A stretch of DNA of 64,000 bases from Lama guanicoe (GCA_013239625.1 MU053652.1:7369902-7433901); one strand, 5' to 3'; positions 1 through 13,779 are shown, counted from the first letter of the stretch. The notes: a model not told the origin generated them from the letters alone. Numbers and translations are program-made.

Positions 1-614
1 GGTATATATTTATATAGTTTTGCAATCACAGGACCTGAAATTTATGGGAGGTCTGGGAGGAGTCAAACTGTGGTCAAATGCTGGCTGTAATAAGAAGTAG
101 AAACAGAACTCATTCCTTTTGTATGGTATTTTTCTGTTGACTTGTGCAGAGCAGGGACCCAATTCGAGGGTTACTACGACTGGATTTCCTCTACCAATAC
201 CCCCTGCCTTTGTGCCCGTCCCATTCAGACCAGTCCAGGTGGGGGTGTTTGCTGCCTTCTTTCTCAACTTCAGCACCTCTCCCCGAACCTGCGTATGTAT
301 CTGTGTATCCACCAATGGTCATAACCACTTCCTTATCACAAAATGGGTGCTTCTTTTGCCTGAGACATTTGCCACTTACCCTCCCCTACTCAAGATATAA
401 GAGAAGAGTGAATTTTAGGGGCGGCCAAGGGAAAGGGAACCAGAAATAGAGGGCAGGAAGAATTCAGACTGGTGTTGGGCATCACAGCAACCTCTCTGAG
501 CCAGCCCCTTACATCTGTCTTTAGCCAGTCAGTTCCTGTGGTTACTCGATCTTGCTTGTGCCGATACTACAGATTTTTCAGTGTTTTCAAAGATGGCTGC
601 TAACTACCCTGATT

Positions 615-760
615 ATAAAGTTGCCTGGGAGGTTGTTAAAAATGCAGAGTCCTAGGTCTCACTTGGGTCTTTCAGAATCAGAATCAATGGAGAATGACCT
701 TCAGAAACTTATCTTTACACAAAATCCCTGTGGCGGTTAATTTGATCACTGAACCACTAG
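615..760. mobile_element. MER5A-like hAT-Charlie DNA transposon relic
   Basis: 'cctgggaggttgttaaaaatgcagagtcctagg...tcagaatcagaatc...gaaccactag' resembles the MER5A core; recognised by eye. Confidence 0.55.
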
Positions 761-2729
761 TTACATCCTGGTACAGACAGGACACTAGGCTCGTTCAGTC
801 CATTGTCAAAGATTGCTAAAACAATTCCCTGCCAAGCATCCTTCTCGGTCTCTAGAAAAACCAGCAAGCAAACCAACAAAAACCTCACTTGTTTTAATGT
901 GTTAAAAAAAATGTAGAATTTTTACTATGGAAAAGATAGGTGAAAATTGTATAAGGCTTATTTTTTTAAGAATACTCTCCATTAATGCTTAAAGTGGGTA
1001 TCTTTAAGGACTTTTCAGCAATGAAATAGAAATCTAACAGAACCACGTAGCAGTGACACTCTGTAAGGATGACTGATTTAACTGAAAGGTAATGCAAAGG
1101 TAGGTTAATGTCTATGTCATCAGCTTTTCACAATACGTATTTCATTCACACCAATGTATATAAGATAGAGATGGTACTTATTCTAAAAAGAAAAGCTTTC
1201 TGCCTTCATATGTCATGATATGTAATAAACATGGGCTGCATAGAAACCATAAATGTCCATAAGGCCACGGAAGAACATAAATGTTGGAAGAAAATGAGGA
1301 AGATGATGAACTGGAGTTCCATCTGAGTCAGCAGTTGTAGATTCAATCGCTGTAACGTTTGGGGGCTAATTAGCAAGGTCCATAGGGTGTGGTTCCTGCA
1401 GTGAGTGCCCCAGGATATGGAAAATATAATAAGGTTTTCTAATTTAAAAGGCAAGTGAGATATTTAAAACAGGCTTACTTCTTTGGTTGTTCAGAAACAT
1501 TATTTTGCTAATTAAACTGTTGATTGTTAAAACACCGTTCATAAGTACTAAAACTTACTTGCATGACCATAAAAAAATGACATATGCTAGAAAATCAGAT
1601 TATAGGAAACTGTCTGTCATTTTTATTCCCTTGGTACTCTTAAGAATTTGCAGCAAACCCTAAGAAGACTATATATAATTCATTAAAACATGTTAATTTC
1701 TTATGGAAGTTTTGGTGTGTGTAACATAAAAACATTATTTTTAACAAGATCACTAAAATGTGACTGTTTTCTATAAAAAGGAAGATGCTACAATATGGTC
1801 AATTAAGAGAGAAAAAACTTTTATTACTGATATTATAAAGATTCAAAGAGCCCGTCACTGATTATTAACTGCTAGTTAAATGCCTTTTGCAAATTGACTT
1901 CAAAATTTTAGCTGCCAGACTGAATTATGTTCTTTTGAGCCTCGGAAAGAAAAATCATAGAGCTTTTCTCACATAATTAGAAAACCATTTGTATCAATCT
2001 ATGCATCATTCTTACTGGGTAGAATTGGTTGACTTAAGGACATAGATTTCATTTATTTGTCATTTCCTTCCTGAAATTATTGCAAAAGTATATGTTCTAG
2101 CCAAATTTATCTAGGTGTATTCAAAGCAAACACGAGTTTGAGACAATTATTTATTAACTACTACCAAAAGCCTCATGGAAATCTGAACACCCACACAGTT
2201 TTGCCCTTATGTCAAGTATATTACTGGCCAAACCGCTTGTATAGAGTAATCAGCATTCATGTGGTCTCCCTCTGAAGCGAAAGTTTTCAAATGTGTATTT
2301 TTACCACCTGTATCTTTTTGCTATAATGGTTGATTTTCTACTCTGGAACTTAGTAGAATGAGTTGATTTGAGCTTTATTTTATGATTGTGCAAAACGCGT
2401 CGAGATAGAAATGCTTTGTACAGCTTTAAATCAGTAGCTTTGAAATAACTCCTAAATTGGGCTCCATAACTTGGTCCCCAATTTTATTCTTTTTCTATTC
2501 TTTGTCTAGAGGTTTTTTTTTTAAGACAGATAGGGCTAAGAAAATAATTTGTGGATGACTAAGCAAGAGATATCAATCAAAGGTTTGGAATTAGGATGTT
2601 AAACAAAGATTAAAGTTAAGCTATTTTCACCAACTGTTTATTCCCTGACATAATTTTTATATGTTCAGGTATGTTATCTCATGTTTTCAGCAGAATCAAT
2701 TTGCAACAGTGATGTCCCCGCAACACCTA

Positions 2730-3460
2730 ATATTATTAAGGCTATGAAGCAACTGGAACCCATATATGCTGCTACTGGGAGTGCAAAATGGTCCTGTCAC
2801 TTTGGACAACAGCTTGGTAGTTTCTTGTATGGTTAAATATATATTACCTAGCAATTCCACTCCACATACAAGAATTTACTTAACACACAAGAAAGTATGT
2901 CCCCCTAAATTGTGCAAGAATGTTAAGAGAACTTTATCTTTATTTTTATAACAATGAAATCTGAAAACAACCCAAATTTTCATCAACAAACAAATTGAGG
3001 TACAACTATACAGTTGTAGACTACTATAATAGACTACTCTTCTGCAATAAAATGAAACAAGGAAATAGACAAATTAAGGTATAATCACACAACAGCATAC
3101 TACACAGCAATGAAAAGGACAGGCAGCTACTACATGGATGGATTTCACAGAGATTATGTTGAGTGACAGAGGCCAGAAACAAAATAGTACATACTACAAC
3201 CTTCCATTTACATGAAGATTACTAACATGCAAAACTAATCTATGATGCTAGATATCAGAAGACTAATTGCCTCTGGTGGTGAGATGGTGCTATGGAAATG
3301 ACTAACAATGGATACGCAGGAACTTTCTGGGAGTAATGGAAGTAGTCCTTATCTTGATTGGGTAGGTGGTTGCCCAGGTGTACACATTTTTCAATACTCA
3401 TTTAACTGTGTACTTAATATCCATGTATTTCACTGTATATAAATCATGATGCAATATAAA
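2730..3460 (+). mobile_element. Old L1 (L1ME/L1MC-type) 3' fragment
   Basis: 'gaagcaactggaacccatatatgctgctactgggagtgcaaaatgg', 'ctagcaattccactcc' and 3' UTR-like 'cttgattgggtaggtggttgcccaggtgtacacatt'. Confidence 0.75.
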
Positions 3461-3516
3461 GACCCACATTCATGCATAAATACATAAATGGGTGGATGAA
3501 TGACCGAAAAAAAAAT

Positions 3517-3715
3517 ATGCTCTGGATTCAGAAAGTCTAAGTTTAAATCTTGGCTTTATAACTTCCTGTCTGTGTGACCTTAAACAAGTCACTTTATTTC
3601 TCTGTGCTTAAACTTAATTTGATAATAATAGAAGATTGTGAGGATGAAGTAAATTAATACATTGAAAGAACATTGGACAGTCCTAGGAATGTAGTAATGC
3701 TTGAATAATTCTTAG
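3517..3715 (+). mobile_element. MIR SINE
   Basis: 'gtttaaatcttggcttt...tgtgtgaccttaaacaagtcacttt...tctctgtgc' is the MIR core. Confidence 0.75.
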
Positions 3716-6700
3716 ATATTATGATATTTTTCTCTTTGTGATATAAAGACATCAATTTGATTGTAACTCAACACTGATGTTCTGTTTCATATATACTGTG
3801 TTTTTCTGGAAAGCAAGATAATTTATAGGCCAATTACCGGTATGCCTTCTTGTTATACAAGCAATTATTTTTATTATAAAAATGAAGGTACTAAATGATG
3901 ACATGCCATTTTATTATGTTGAGCAATTAGCTAGATCTGTCCACAATTAACTATTGTAATCTTAGCTATCAGTGTGGCAGGTACAAGACCAACATATAAA
4001 ATTTAATGGAGACCACTGAAAAATTTGGCCCCACATTACTTATATGTTTTTTATGCTGAATTCCAAAATTCTTAGTTTAAATGAAGAGCCCTATGAATAA
4101 AAGTCTTAGACACTTTCATATCGCAGACAGACAGAAAGCCACTACTTTTCATAATTGAAATAGCAGAGTTAGCAGGAGTGACTATAGCTCCCAGTTCATT
4201 CAATCCACTCACTGAGTAAAGCTTCCTTTAAAAACATCAGGAAAAAGAAAAAAAAAACCTTCAATAATTTAAATAACCCTTTCCTAGGATTTATCTGTTG
4301 CTGAATAGGTCTTGAATCTCTTGTTAGGAGAGAAAGGCATTAAGGATGCTCGAGCCTGCCTGACTTTAATGTCTTCTATTTAGTGCTGCATATGTGAGCA
4401 ATAAGGAAGTCATCCTGTCATCTCCCAGGACAGCTATAGTCACAATGAATGATCAGGGAAAAACTGATTTCTCCCACTGAGATCATTCATAATTGCCTGT
4501 GACTTCTTACTTCTAAGGTGGCTAGAAAGTCACTGCTCACGTTGTTAGACTCTTAGGAGAGCAGTTAGAAAAGCAATAGACTTAGCTGGTAGTGTCCACA
4601 CTTATTGAGTCATTGGACAGTGTCTCTGTCCCTTTATTAATTGTAATCTCATCAGACTCCTTATCTGAGCCTTGTTTATTAATGTAAGCATATGCAGTTT
4701 TCTATTCTACTCAAAGAGGTAAGTTATCCATCTTCTCTTTAAGGAAAAGTTTAGACAATTGATTGTCTTAAATTCTCCTATTCATTTACGTCAAACCTGT
4801 TAAGGAAGCTCTAATTTTAATCCCTGTTTGAGTTACTTAATACCATTCCTTATCTGATCATATAGGTTGGAGTTTGTACAGGGTAACAGGATAGGGGCTG
4901 ATTGACCATTACTCAAAAGCAATTTAGGGTGGGGGAAGTTAATTAGCAGTTATTCCATGTCCATTTGTATTAGACACTATAATACTGTATAAGCACTGGG
5001 CATCTTTTGTCTGATTCATTTCATTTTCTACCCACTTATTACTTTAACAACAGTAAAGTCTTTTTTTATATATATATATAAAGAGTAGGTGGAGTTTCCA
5101 TACCTCCTACTTCTAGTAAAACTTTTCCTGGTCTTATGAAGGAGGCCAGTCACTGCAGACTTATAAACATGTTGCCTGATTTCTTAGTCCTACAGGCACT
5201 GGCTTAACTGCAAGTTAAGTGGCAGTTCCTGAAGTCTTGATACCTAACCATTACGTCTTGGACTGGAATGAACAACTCTTTCTATGCAGATAGAAAAAGT
5301 TTTCTAAAAAAGGGCTACAGCCACGACTGGTTGTGGGAACACAACTTCAGCTATCACAATATTTCATTAAATATTTGTATCCAAATGATACCAGACTCCA
5401 ACAAGATTAGTTGAAATATCAGGATTTTCCTAAAAATATTCCTGACATCCTATTGGCAGATTCCTTACTGGATGCACACTGAGGTATCAGAGTGGATAAT
5501 TAATCCTTCTCACCTTTTGGCTATTGGTAGGTTGTTCAAAAGGCTTTTGCTAGCACAAAAATTCATAAAGGGGCATTAAGGAAGAAATTGCTAAGCACTA
5601 GAGAAAAATGGGTAAAAATACCCCATATTTTGAGTAGGCTTTTAAAACCTTGGTTTGAAAACTGCAGGGAAGTTTATTGCAACATCTCAGTATGATTATT
5701 CAAAAACAAAATAAGAGTCTTAATCCTATGCCTCTGTAGGGAGCCTCTTCTAATGATGACCCTCTAGTTAAAAAGGAGATGAAAGCAAAATTTCCCTCCG
5801 ATGGCATCCAGATAGCCCAAACTGTAAGTTGTACACCAGAATATGGCTAAAGCAAACATTTTTTTCCCCTAGAATTTGAATTTAAAAAATTTCAATTTTG
5901 TAGTTAAATATCTCCTCTTATTTTCCTGAGTTCATTCATTTTTGGGGGGATAGAAATAGTCCTTTTTAATTCAATTCCAGTCTGTCTATAAGACGTTGAT
6001 TGCAAAGATAATGACAACAATAACTAAATTCATCAATATAATTTAGCAGTTGGCTATAAATTATGATTAGAAAATTTAACCTTTATTCTCAAAACAACCT
6101 ACAAAGGTTAAAAAATTATAATCTTTATAACATGTTTCTTATGTCTCCAATTTACATATGTTTATATAATTTACATGTACGTATATAATATATAATGGTT
6201 TCCTTGTTTGGCCCATTTTGAGAGAATTCTCTCATGATTTATATGAGAGAAGAAATAAAGGTTTTCTTCCAGGCTCCATGGGACCCTTCCTGTAGCTGCT
6301 TCACTTGCATTGTAGCTAAGGCAGGACTTGTGAAGCAGGAAAGAAAGGGCACCACTGATGCCTGGACTGAGGCATGACTGATAAGGTGGATGGAACCGAC
6401 CCAGCAGCAGATGATGACTGTAGAAATACAGCCCTGAGAGTCAGGCCTCCATATACGTTCAGTTCTTGCTTCCGGTCGTAAGCGTGGAGCAAAATAATGG
6501 CTGATACTCAAGAGTCAGCTAGCACACCACCATTCTTAAGACTGGTCTATAGGCTGCTGGTTCCAGTTCCAGACCTGCAAAAAGAAAGCAGGTCTCCAGC
6601 GCCCCTGACTACCAGGCTGGAGTTGGTATACGAGTTCACTGAAGAGGCTGGGATTCAAACTAGGAACTGTGGCTGAAGATAAGGCTGGCAGGCAGCAGGT

Positions 6701-8445
6701 AAAACTGGACTGATGAATTATAATTATGTTAATTTTAGTCATGATTGGACCTGAGAGAGTGACAATTACTCTGTTTTGTTTGGTAATTATACTCTGTGAT
6801 GCACGTGTTTTTAGGAAAAGGGTAGAAAGGGCGAATCTCATGGCCATCTCCTTCTTCAGACAGGGTTGCCATGGGTCACGGGATAATTCTGAGTCTTCCA
6901 GTGAGAGCCTTAGCCAACATCTGTTTCCTGCGAAACAGATGCTGGAAAAAAGACAGGTACAAGGAAAGAGGCAGGAGATAGGACACACAACTTTCAAAAG
7001 CTCGTGATGGGGCTCTGTCCCGGGACTGGGAGCGCTTACTTTCTCAGGGCTTAAGATACAACCATCTTGAGAGTCCCTTAACTATTTCCTTAATGTTACA
7101 GCTGTTGGCTACATTTTAGACATGCTCTGAACTGGAAGTAAGCTGTGGTTCAAACAAACGAAAAAGATATGTTAAGTAAGATTTAAGACTAGATTCTTTT
7201 CTCTCGTAGAATCTGTGTTGCAGTGTACACAGCAGGATGGAGAGAGCAGAAAAAGTACCCTATGTGGGGGGCATGGATGCTGTTTTCTGCAAGCATGGCT
7301 CTTGTAATTTGGCCAAGGGCAAAGAGAACGATAGGAATATGGACACATTCCAACTCCAATGAGTAAGTGCTAATTTAAAAAAAAAATCACATTTCATAGT
7401 AGTATGTCCTCAGCTCTTTTCAAGTTGGATGAACATGGCTCTGAGGGAGTGACATGCCAGACCACAAAACAAAAGGCAAATATGTGCCTGAAATTAAAAC
7501 GTAGTTTTACGTTTTTAACCTGGCTTTAAGGCATAATTTGTTACTCAAGTAAACAATTAATATATTTATGCGACACTTAAGTTGAGGATAATATAGGAAT
7601 TTACTAGTTGTTCCTTCCCTTTCCAGATGGCTATTAATTGTGTAACTCTGAAATGTTTTCTATAGTAATAGCTGGGACAGTGGAACAGTTAATTGAATGA
7701 TGAAGGTTATCTCATTGAAATTCAGTACCCTGTCTTGCAGAGAGAAAAGGCGACTTGTTTGGCTCCAGTGGAAAGTGCCACAAGATATACTACTTGGACA
7801 CAGAAACAAAGAAAAACACTCAAAGGAATTCAGTGCAGTGGATGGTACTTAGGATCGTAGGGGGTCAGCTTACACTGAATGCCCCCGGGGCAAAGACTTT
7901 CATGTTTGTGTACAGGATAAACTCATCTTGCGGGCTCGACAACAAAAAGGAAGTGATAACATTAATTAATTATAAACACATGATATCAAATACACCAATG
8001 TGAAATAGTGTCAGATTTTTTTTTTCTTTGAAGCTAACTCTTTGAAGAAATGGATGTTCAAATACTCAACAAATCCGTTCCAATAGCTATTTTGGAATTC
8101 AAAGAAAAATATACAATGTAACTATTTTCATCAGGATTTGAGTGCATGTTATTTCTTGATTTCTTGAGAATGGCAATGATAGGAATTGGCTTCCTTTTTA
8201 AGATTTGCAGGTGTGGTTTTTCTGATTGTTCTCTAGAGAGATTTCTGTCGTAATAAGTTGTGGCTTGTTCATCATTTATTCCAAGTGACTTTCAATAGAG
8301 CAGTATTTCCAGATACTAGATATCAGATATAGTTTCGTCTCAAGCCTAGAGATAACAATAACAATAATAGTATTATGTGCCGTAATACTGAATATATAAT
8401 TATATATAACAATATCATAGATATCAATCAGTATATAATACAAAA

Positions 8446-8635
8446 ATAATAATAGCTATTATAAATTTTGAGCCTTAGTGCAAGTGATCTTAAGTGCTTT
8501 TTAAAAAATATTGTCTCATATTATTTTCAAAATAATCTTATAGGGGTTGGATTTATTTTTCCCAACTTTACAAATGAGGAAACTGAGTGGTTAAATAATT
8601 TGCCAAAGACCGTATAGCTAGCAAATGACAGAGCC
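8446..8635 (-). mobile_element. MIR SINE
   Basis: 'cccaactttacaaatgaggaaactgag...taatttgccaaagacc' is the reverse MIR core. Confidence 0.8.
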
Positions 8636-8759
8636 TTAGATAGCTCAACACTGCATCAACCTTACTCGCCTACCCAAGCAACCGAATCCATTAAGAGTGG
8701 CACACAACCGGGTCACCAGATGCAAATGCACCTTTAGCACTGCCTGCCAATCCTCCCAT

Positions 8760-9060
8760 ATTTCTCTCTTTAATTCACTCAGCCAACTCTTCGCTCTCAA
8801 ACCTCTGGCCCTCCCTCCTACCCTCTCATGCTAAGCAGATGAAATTGCCTCTTACTTCAAAGAGAAACTGAAGTAATCAGAGAGGAACTGCTTAAGTCCT
8901 ATTCTTTCACCTCTATGACTCACCTCATCAGCACGCATTCTCTTTTCTTCTTCCCTCTTGTTATGGGAGAGAAGGCACCCCTCCTCCTATGGCTGCCAAG
9001 CCCCAGCCTTCTCTTTTTGCACCTCCTGGGACCACCATCACATGCCCTTTCTCTCCTGTA
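8760..9060 (+). mobile_element. L2 LINE internal fragment
   Basis: 'gcagatgaaattgcctcttacttcaaagagaaactgaagtaatcagagaggaact' in pyrimidine-rich context, typical of L2. Confidence 0.6.
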
Positions 9061-11032
9061 CATTAAATGTGACGTGAGGGTGACAGTTACGCTCAGCACT
9101 TAGGGTCATCATAAGGATCAAGTTAGACTTATATGAAAAACTGTCTGACATATAACGAACATGGCTGAAGGATGAAGAAGATGAGGAAGATGACCCTACT
9201 CTCCAGCCATCCTTTTGGTCGTTGGAAGCTATGGTCCCTGTATCACTTCCTACATTGACAAAGGGATTAACAACAGAAAAAAAAATTTTTTTAAGTACAA
9301 CACATCTGTGCAAGCCTTGGGAATAGCGGTGGCAGGAGGGTGCTTAGTGACTTGAGAAACAGGTTTAATATTCTTTCATTGCAAAAAATACGATCATATA
9401 AATCGTCTGTTGCAGACAATAAACCTGAGTGGGTATTTTGTGAGCTAATATGATGCCAAGGAATTATAAACAGATTTCAGACTCCTTAATATTGTTTTTC
9501 CTCTAGATTTGCTCCTGTATACTCTCAAGGTTTCCTGGCCCATGAATTTGTGTGCTAGTTTTAGCATTTCAAGAGGAAATTGTACAATTTTTATTAGGGG
9601 CATCTCTCTGGGGCCACATAATTTTAATAAAGTATAAAGTAAGTTCAGTGTGAAGACAGTCGCCTGGAAATTTTTCCTCTCCCAGTTATTTCAAATAATT
9701 TATTTTCAATAAGTAGTAATGAACCAAATTCACTTTTATTAAAAAAAAGACGTTTGACATTTTAAGTGATATTATTTGAAAGTTCATTTTTTGCTCATTT
9801 TCCTAAATGGCAGGACAAACTGTGTTTTCTTATCTCCATCATTCTCTTTCTCCATTTGGTTTCTTTTTCTAAAAAGAAAAAATTATCAGATCTTTTGATG
9901 TGCCTACAATATTGCGACAATTCACTACTAGGTGATTTAATAAAAATTTTTTTGTTATCACTTCAGTGAAACCCCAGGTTATCAAAAGGACCAGAATCAG
10001 AATTGAAAAGAGTATGTCCGTTTGGCTGGAGAATGTTGTAACTGAATAAAATATGAAATGATCTAGTTCAGTACTTTAATATTAACAATTTGTGGGCTGA
10101 GGATGGAGAAGATGAGTTGTCTTCACCCCAAGTACCCCAGGTGGTTAAGAGACAAGAGTGCACTGTAACACCCAGAATGCTGCCTCCCATCCAAACAGGG
10201 TGAACTCTAGAAATGCAGGAAATGTAAAATTTATTTCCCTAGTCATGCAGAAATTCTTTAAAGCAAATATTCTAGAAATAAATTTATGAACATTTTCTAA
10301 TTAATTCATAGTTCAGCTGAGATTTATCTTTTGATCTTAAAATATAATTTAAAATACATTAGTTTGCTTTTCTACCCTAATAATAGTAGGCACAACTGAC
10401 CCCTTATTTGTTGCATGATCTTAACTGCTTCTGATTCATCTTCTTAAACATAAATGGTGGTGTATAATGAAAAGGCACTACTGTATAAGGTAAACAAATG
10501 CTGACTTTAAAAGACTTGTATTTGAATTCTGTGCAACTAAGTTGGCCAACTTAGGGTTTCTGCCTCTCAGTTTAAAACTGAAGTTATATATGTTTTGCTT
10601 TCTTTGTGAGATTCCTGAATCTCAAAGGAGATGACCTATGTGAAGATGTTCTTTAAATTATAAAATATTATACAATTTCATGGTGACATTGGGAGACTTG
10701 ATGAAAGTGACAGCAGCAAGTAAGGATATATTCAAGGGAGGATGCCCAGTTTTCTAAAGGCTTCTGGGGTCAGTACACGGGTAATTCACCATGATGTAGC
10801 ATTTAGTTCCCAGCCTTTGTATAAGCAGAAACCCAGACTGATTGAACTCAGAATTGACTGGCAAAAACTGAACTTAAAATCTATTGATCTATAAACCAGT
10901 AAGAAAATTCCTAAATTTGAATGACCAGAATGCTCATGCTTCCTCTCCAGCACATCACCTTCCTGGCAAGGGAACTCTGTGAAGAGAAACTGAGTTTCTT
11001 CATTTACAAAATACATTAGAATGTGGTTTCAT

Positions 11033-11200
11033 CCATCCTTCCTTCCTTCCTTCCTTCTTTCCTTTCTTTCTTTTTCTTTCTTTCTTTCTTTTTTTTCTTT
11101 CTTCCTTTCCTTCTTTTCCTTCTTTCCTTTTCCTTCTTTCCTTTTTCTTTCTTTCTTTCTTTCTTCTTTCTTTCTTTTTCTTTTTCTACTGTTTTTATTA
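11033..11200 (+). repeat. (TTCC)n/(TTTC)n polypyrimidine simple repeat
   Basis: Directly visible ~150 bp almost purely C/T tract abutting the minus-strand L1 3' end. Confidence 0.95.
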
Positions 11201-11229
11201 TTTTCTTCCTATATAAACATAGATATGTA

Positions 11230-11930
11230 TATAAATTTTCTTCTAAACCATCTGAGAGTAGGTTATATACATTGTGACCTTTAATCCCTTAATACTTAGT
11301 GTATACTAAGAACAAATATATTCTTTTACATAATCTTCAGTACAGTTATCAAATTCAAGAAATTTAACAGTGATACAACACTTTACTATTTATACTCCAA
11401 TTTTGTCAGTTGTCTCGATAAACTTTTAAATATTTTTTCCCCTTCAGTCAAGAATCACAGATTGCATTTAGTTGTCACGTTTCTTTAGTCTCCTTTGATC
11501 TGGAACAGTTCTTCAGCTTTTCTTTGTCCTTCATGACACTGACATTTTTTATGAATATAGGCCAGTTTTTTCTTTCTCCCTTTTTCCTTTTCCCTTTTTA
11601 TTTTTTTAGAGACTCATCCTTATTTGGGTTTGTCTGATGTTTGCTCATGATTAGATGATGTGTGTCTGGCATGAATCTACACGCCACTACTGATAATAGT
11701 GTCCTCAGGATATCATATGTGGAGGTACCCATCAATGGTGATATTAATTTTGATCACCTGACCAAGGTGTTACTTTGTTTCTCCACTGGATAGCAGCTGT
11801 TGTCCCCTTAGCACTCACAAATAATCTATGGCGAGACACTTTAAGCCATATTTTGCTCCTCATTAAACTTCTCCCTCATGAGTTATCATACATTGATGAT
11901 TCTTGCCTGCACCGTTTTCAGACTGCCGTT
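11230..11930 (-). mobile_element. L1MC-type 3' end fragment
   Basis: 'tacagttatcaaattcaagaaatttaac', 'gcatttagttgtcacgtttctttagtctcc', 'ttttgatcacctgaccaagg' match L1MC4/5-like 3' UTR in reverse. Confidence 0.75.
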
Positions 11931-13109
11931 GTAGTAAATTTTAAGTGACTGCTTGAACAGTATGGCGGTTCTCCTATGAGCTATTTTATCCAGGCTCTGA
12001 TAGACTCAGTGAATCCTCCTCACCTCCCCAACAGCAGGCAACTATTTGGTGACTCTTCCCTCACACAGCACTGCATAAACATTGCCAACTTCTGTCTCTT
12101 TCAGCTTCCCTTTTCCATGCTTCAGGCTAGCTATCCTTTCTGTTCAATCTTTCTCTTGACAGGGTGAAACATAGTTTCTTTCTTTTTTGCTTACTGTCTG
12201 CAAATACATTTCAGACCTGTCTTTCTGCAATTACATTTTGATAACATTCATTAGAGTTTTAGTTGTTTCCAAACTCTTAAGTCACACATTCAAAGACAGT
12301 TCTTTAGTTAATTAGGATAATCACATCTGTTGTTTGAATTCTGTTAGTTTACAGTTCAAAGGGCAACTTACTTTTTCTTCTTTTCATGTTCTTGAAAGTC
12401 ACTTTGTTGCCTTGTTCTCATACTACCTAAAGATGTATTATTGTACTGATGGCTATTATGAATACTGACAGTAATGTAGATGTAAACAACTCCAGAATAA
12501 ACTCAAGAATTTTTTGTTTAATTATTGGCATCTCCAAAACTGAAGTCCATAAAAAATTATACAGAAATATGATCTGGAACACTTAGAGTTTTGCTTAAAG
12601 TATTAATGTCTAAATTGACTTTGGGTTTTCCCAGCAGAATAAAAAATTGACCGTCAAGGCTAAAGTATTACTTGTCATGGAAAAATGACTTGTAATATGT
12701 ATATTTTTAATTTGTCTTGGACATGTCATAGAAGTTTCAGTCTACAAAAATGTCTTAAGGAATATTACTTTACCAACTCCTCATTTTATCAGTGGGGACT
12801 CAAAGTTCAGATGATTTTAGTGTCTTCTTCTTGGCAAATCTGGCAATTCCCTTCACATATTCACAGTCAGTCTCCTTTCTTTTTCTCCAAAAGTGCTGCC
12901 AGTTTCTTGGATCTGGCCTTTGTAAATGATTATTCAAGAAGCTCAAGAAGCTTCTGAAATAGAATCTTTGCCTTCATTCTTATTCCCCAGTAATGAGGAC
13001 ACAGGACATGGAAACTTAAACTGAGGAGGAGGTTGGGGAAGCCCAGAGAAGCTTCTTGAAGGTGACTCTTGAGCTTGAGTTTAAAGAATGGTCAAGGAAA
13101 TCAGAAACA

Positions 13110-13362
13110 GGAAAACTCTACCTGGTCTTCAAGACAGCCTTAGGTGAAATCCTCCGTATGTTCCCAAGGCACCTTAATTTACTTCACAACACTTAGCATC
13201 ATGTTATACTGTAATTGCCTGCTTACCTACCTATATCTCAGGTGGATTACAAATTCAGCTGAAGTTGGCACTGCTGTCTTATTCCTGTTGTAGCTACATT
13301 ACTTGGTACAAAGTAGGTACTCCATAAATATTTACTAGTGATTGAAGAGATGAGTGAATGAA
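13110..13362 (+). mobile_element. L2 3' end
   Basis: 'ttggtacaaagtaggtactccataaatattt...gagtgaatgaa' is an L2 tail. Confidence 0.65.
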
Positions 13363-13461
13363 CACCATGAAGAATTGTAACAAGAGATAACTCTAGACAA
13401 ATTACGGTGATGATCCAGTTCCTCTTTCAGCAAACTTCTCAGTTAGATTGAAGCTTTCCAG

Positions 13462-13558
13462 TTAGAGTGACTAACTGTCCCAGTTTGCTTGGGACTGACC
13501 TGATATTATCACTGGAAGCTTCTCAGTGCCAGACACACCAGGATGGTTGGTCGCCCTG
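13462..13558. mobile_element. MER81-like hAT-Blackjack MITE
   Basis: Inverted ends 'tagagtgactaactgtccc' and 'ggatggttggtcgccctg'. Confidence 0.65.
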
Positions 13559-13573
13559 CCTCTCACGTCTTCT

Positions 13574-13779
13574 CACTGGTGTGCTGGCGCTGCTTGTCTT
13601 GGATCATGAGAGCCAATTTTTCACACTGCTTCCCAAAATTTTGTTCAGTGACATCACACTGCAGCTTGAAACAAGACATGGTGGAAGAATTTATACCATG
13701 AAAATTGACAAACACTAGAAATCTGGGTTTTTTTTTCCCCCTTAGGACGGGTAGTTAAACATTTTTCCAGCACACTACA
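13574..13779. mobile_element. MER63-like hAT-Blackjack element
   Basis: Inverted ends 'cactggtgtgctgg' and 'ccagcacactac'; internal 'gcttgaaac...catggtgg...ttataccatgaaaattgacaaac'. Confidence 0.7.

Noticed and set aside
10..449. Four overlapping ORFs and an AG...GT-bounded segment
   Set aside because: No recognisable protein, weak donor, and no consistent partner exon.
11021..11284. F/L/S-rich membrane-like ORFs
   Set aside because: Translation of the pyrimidine microsatellite.
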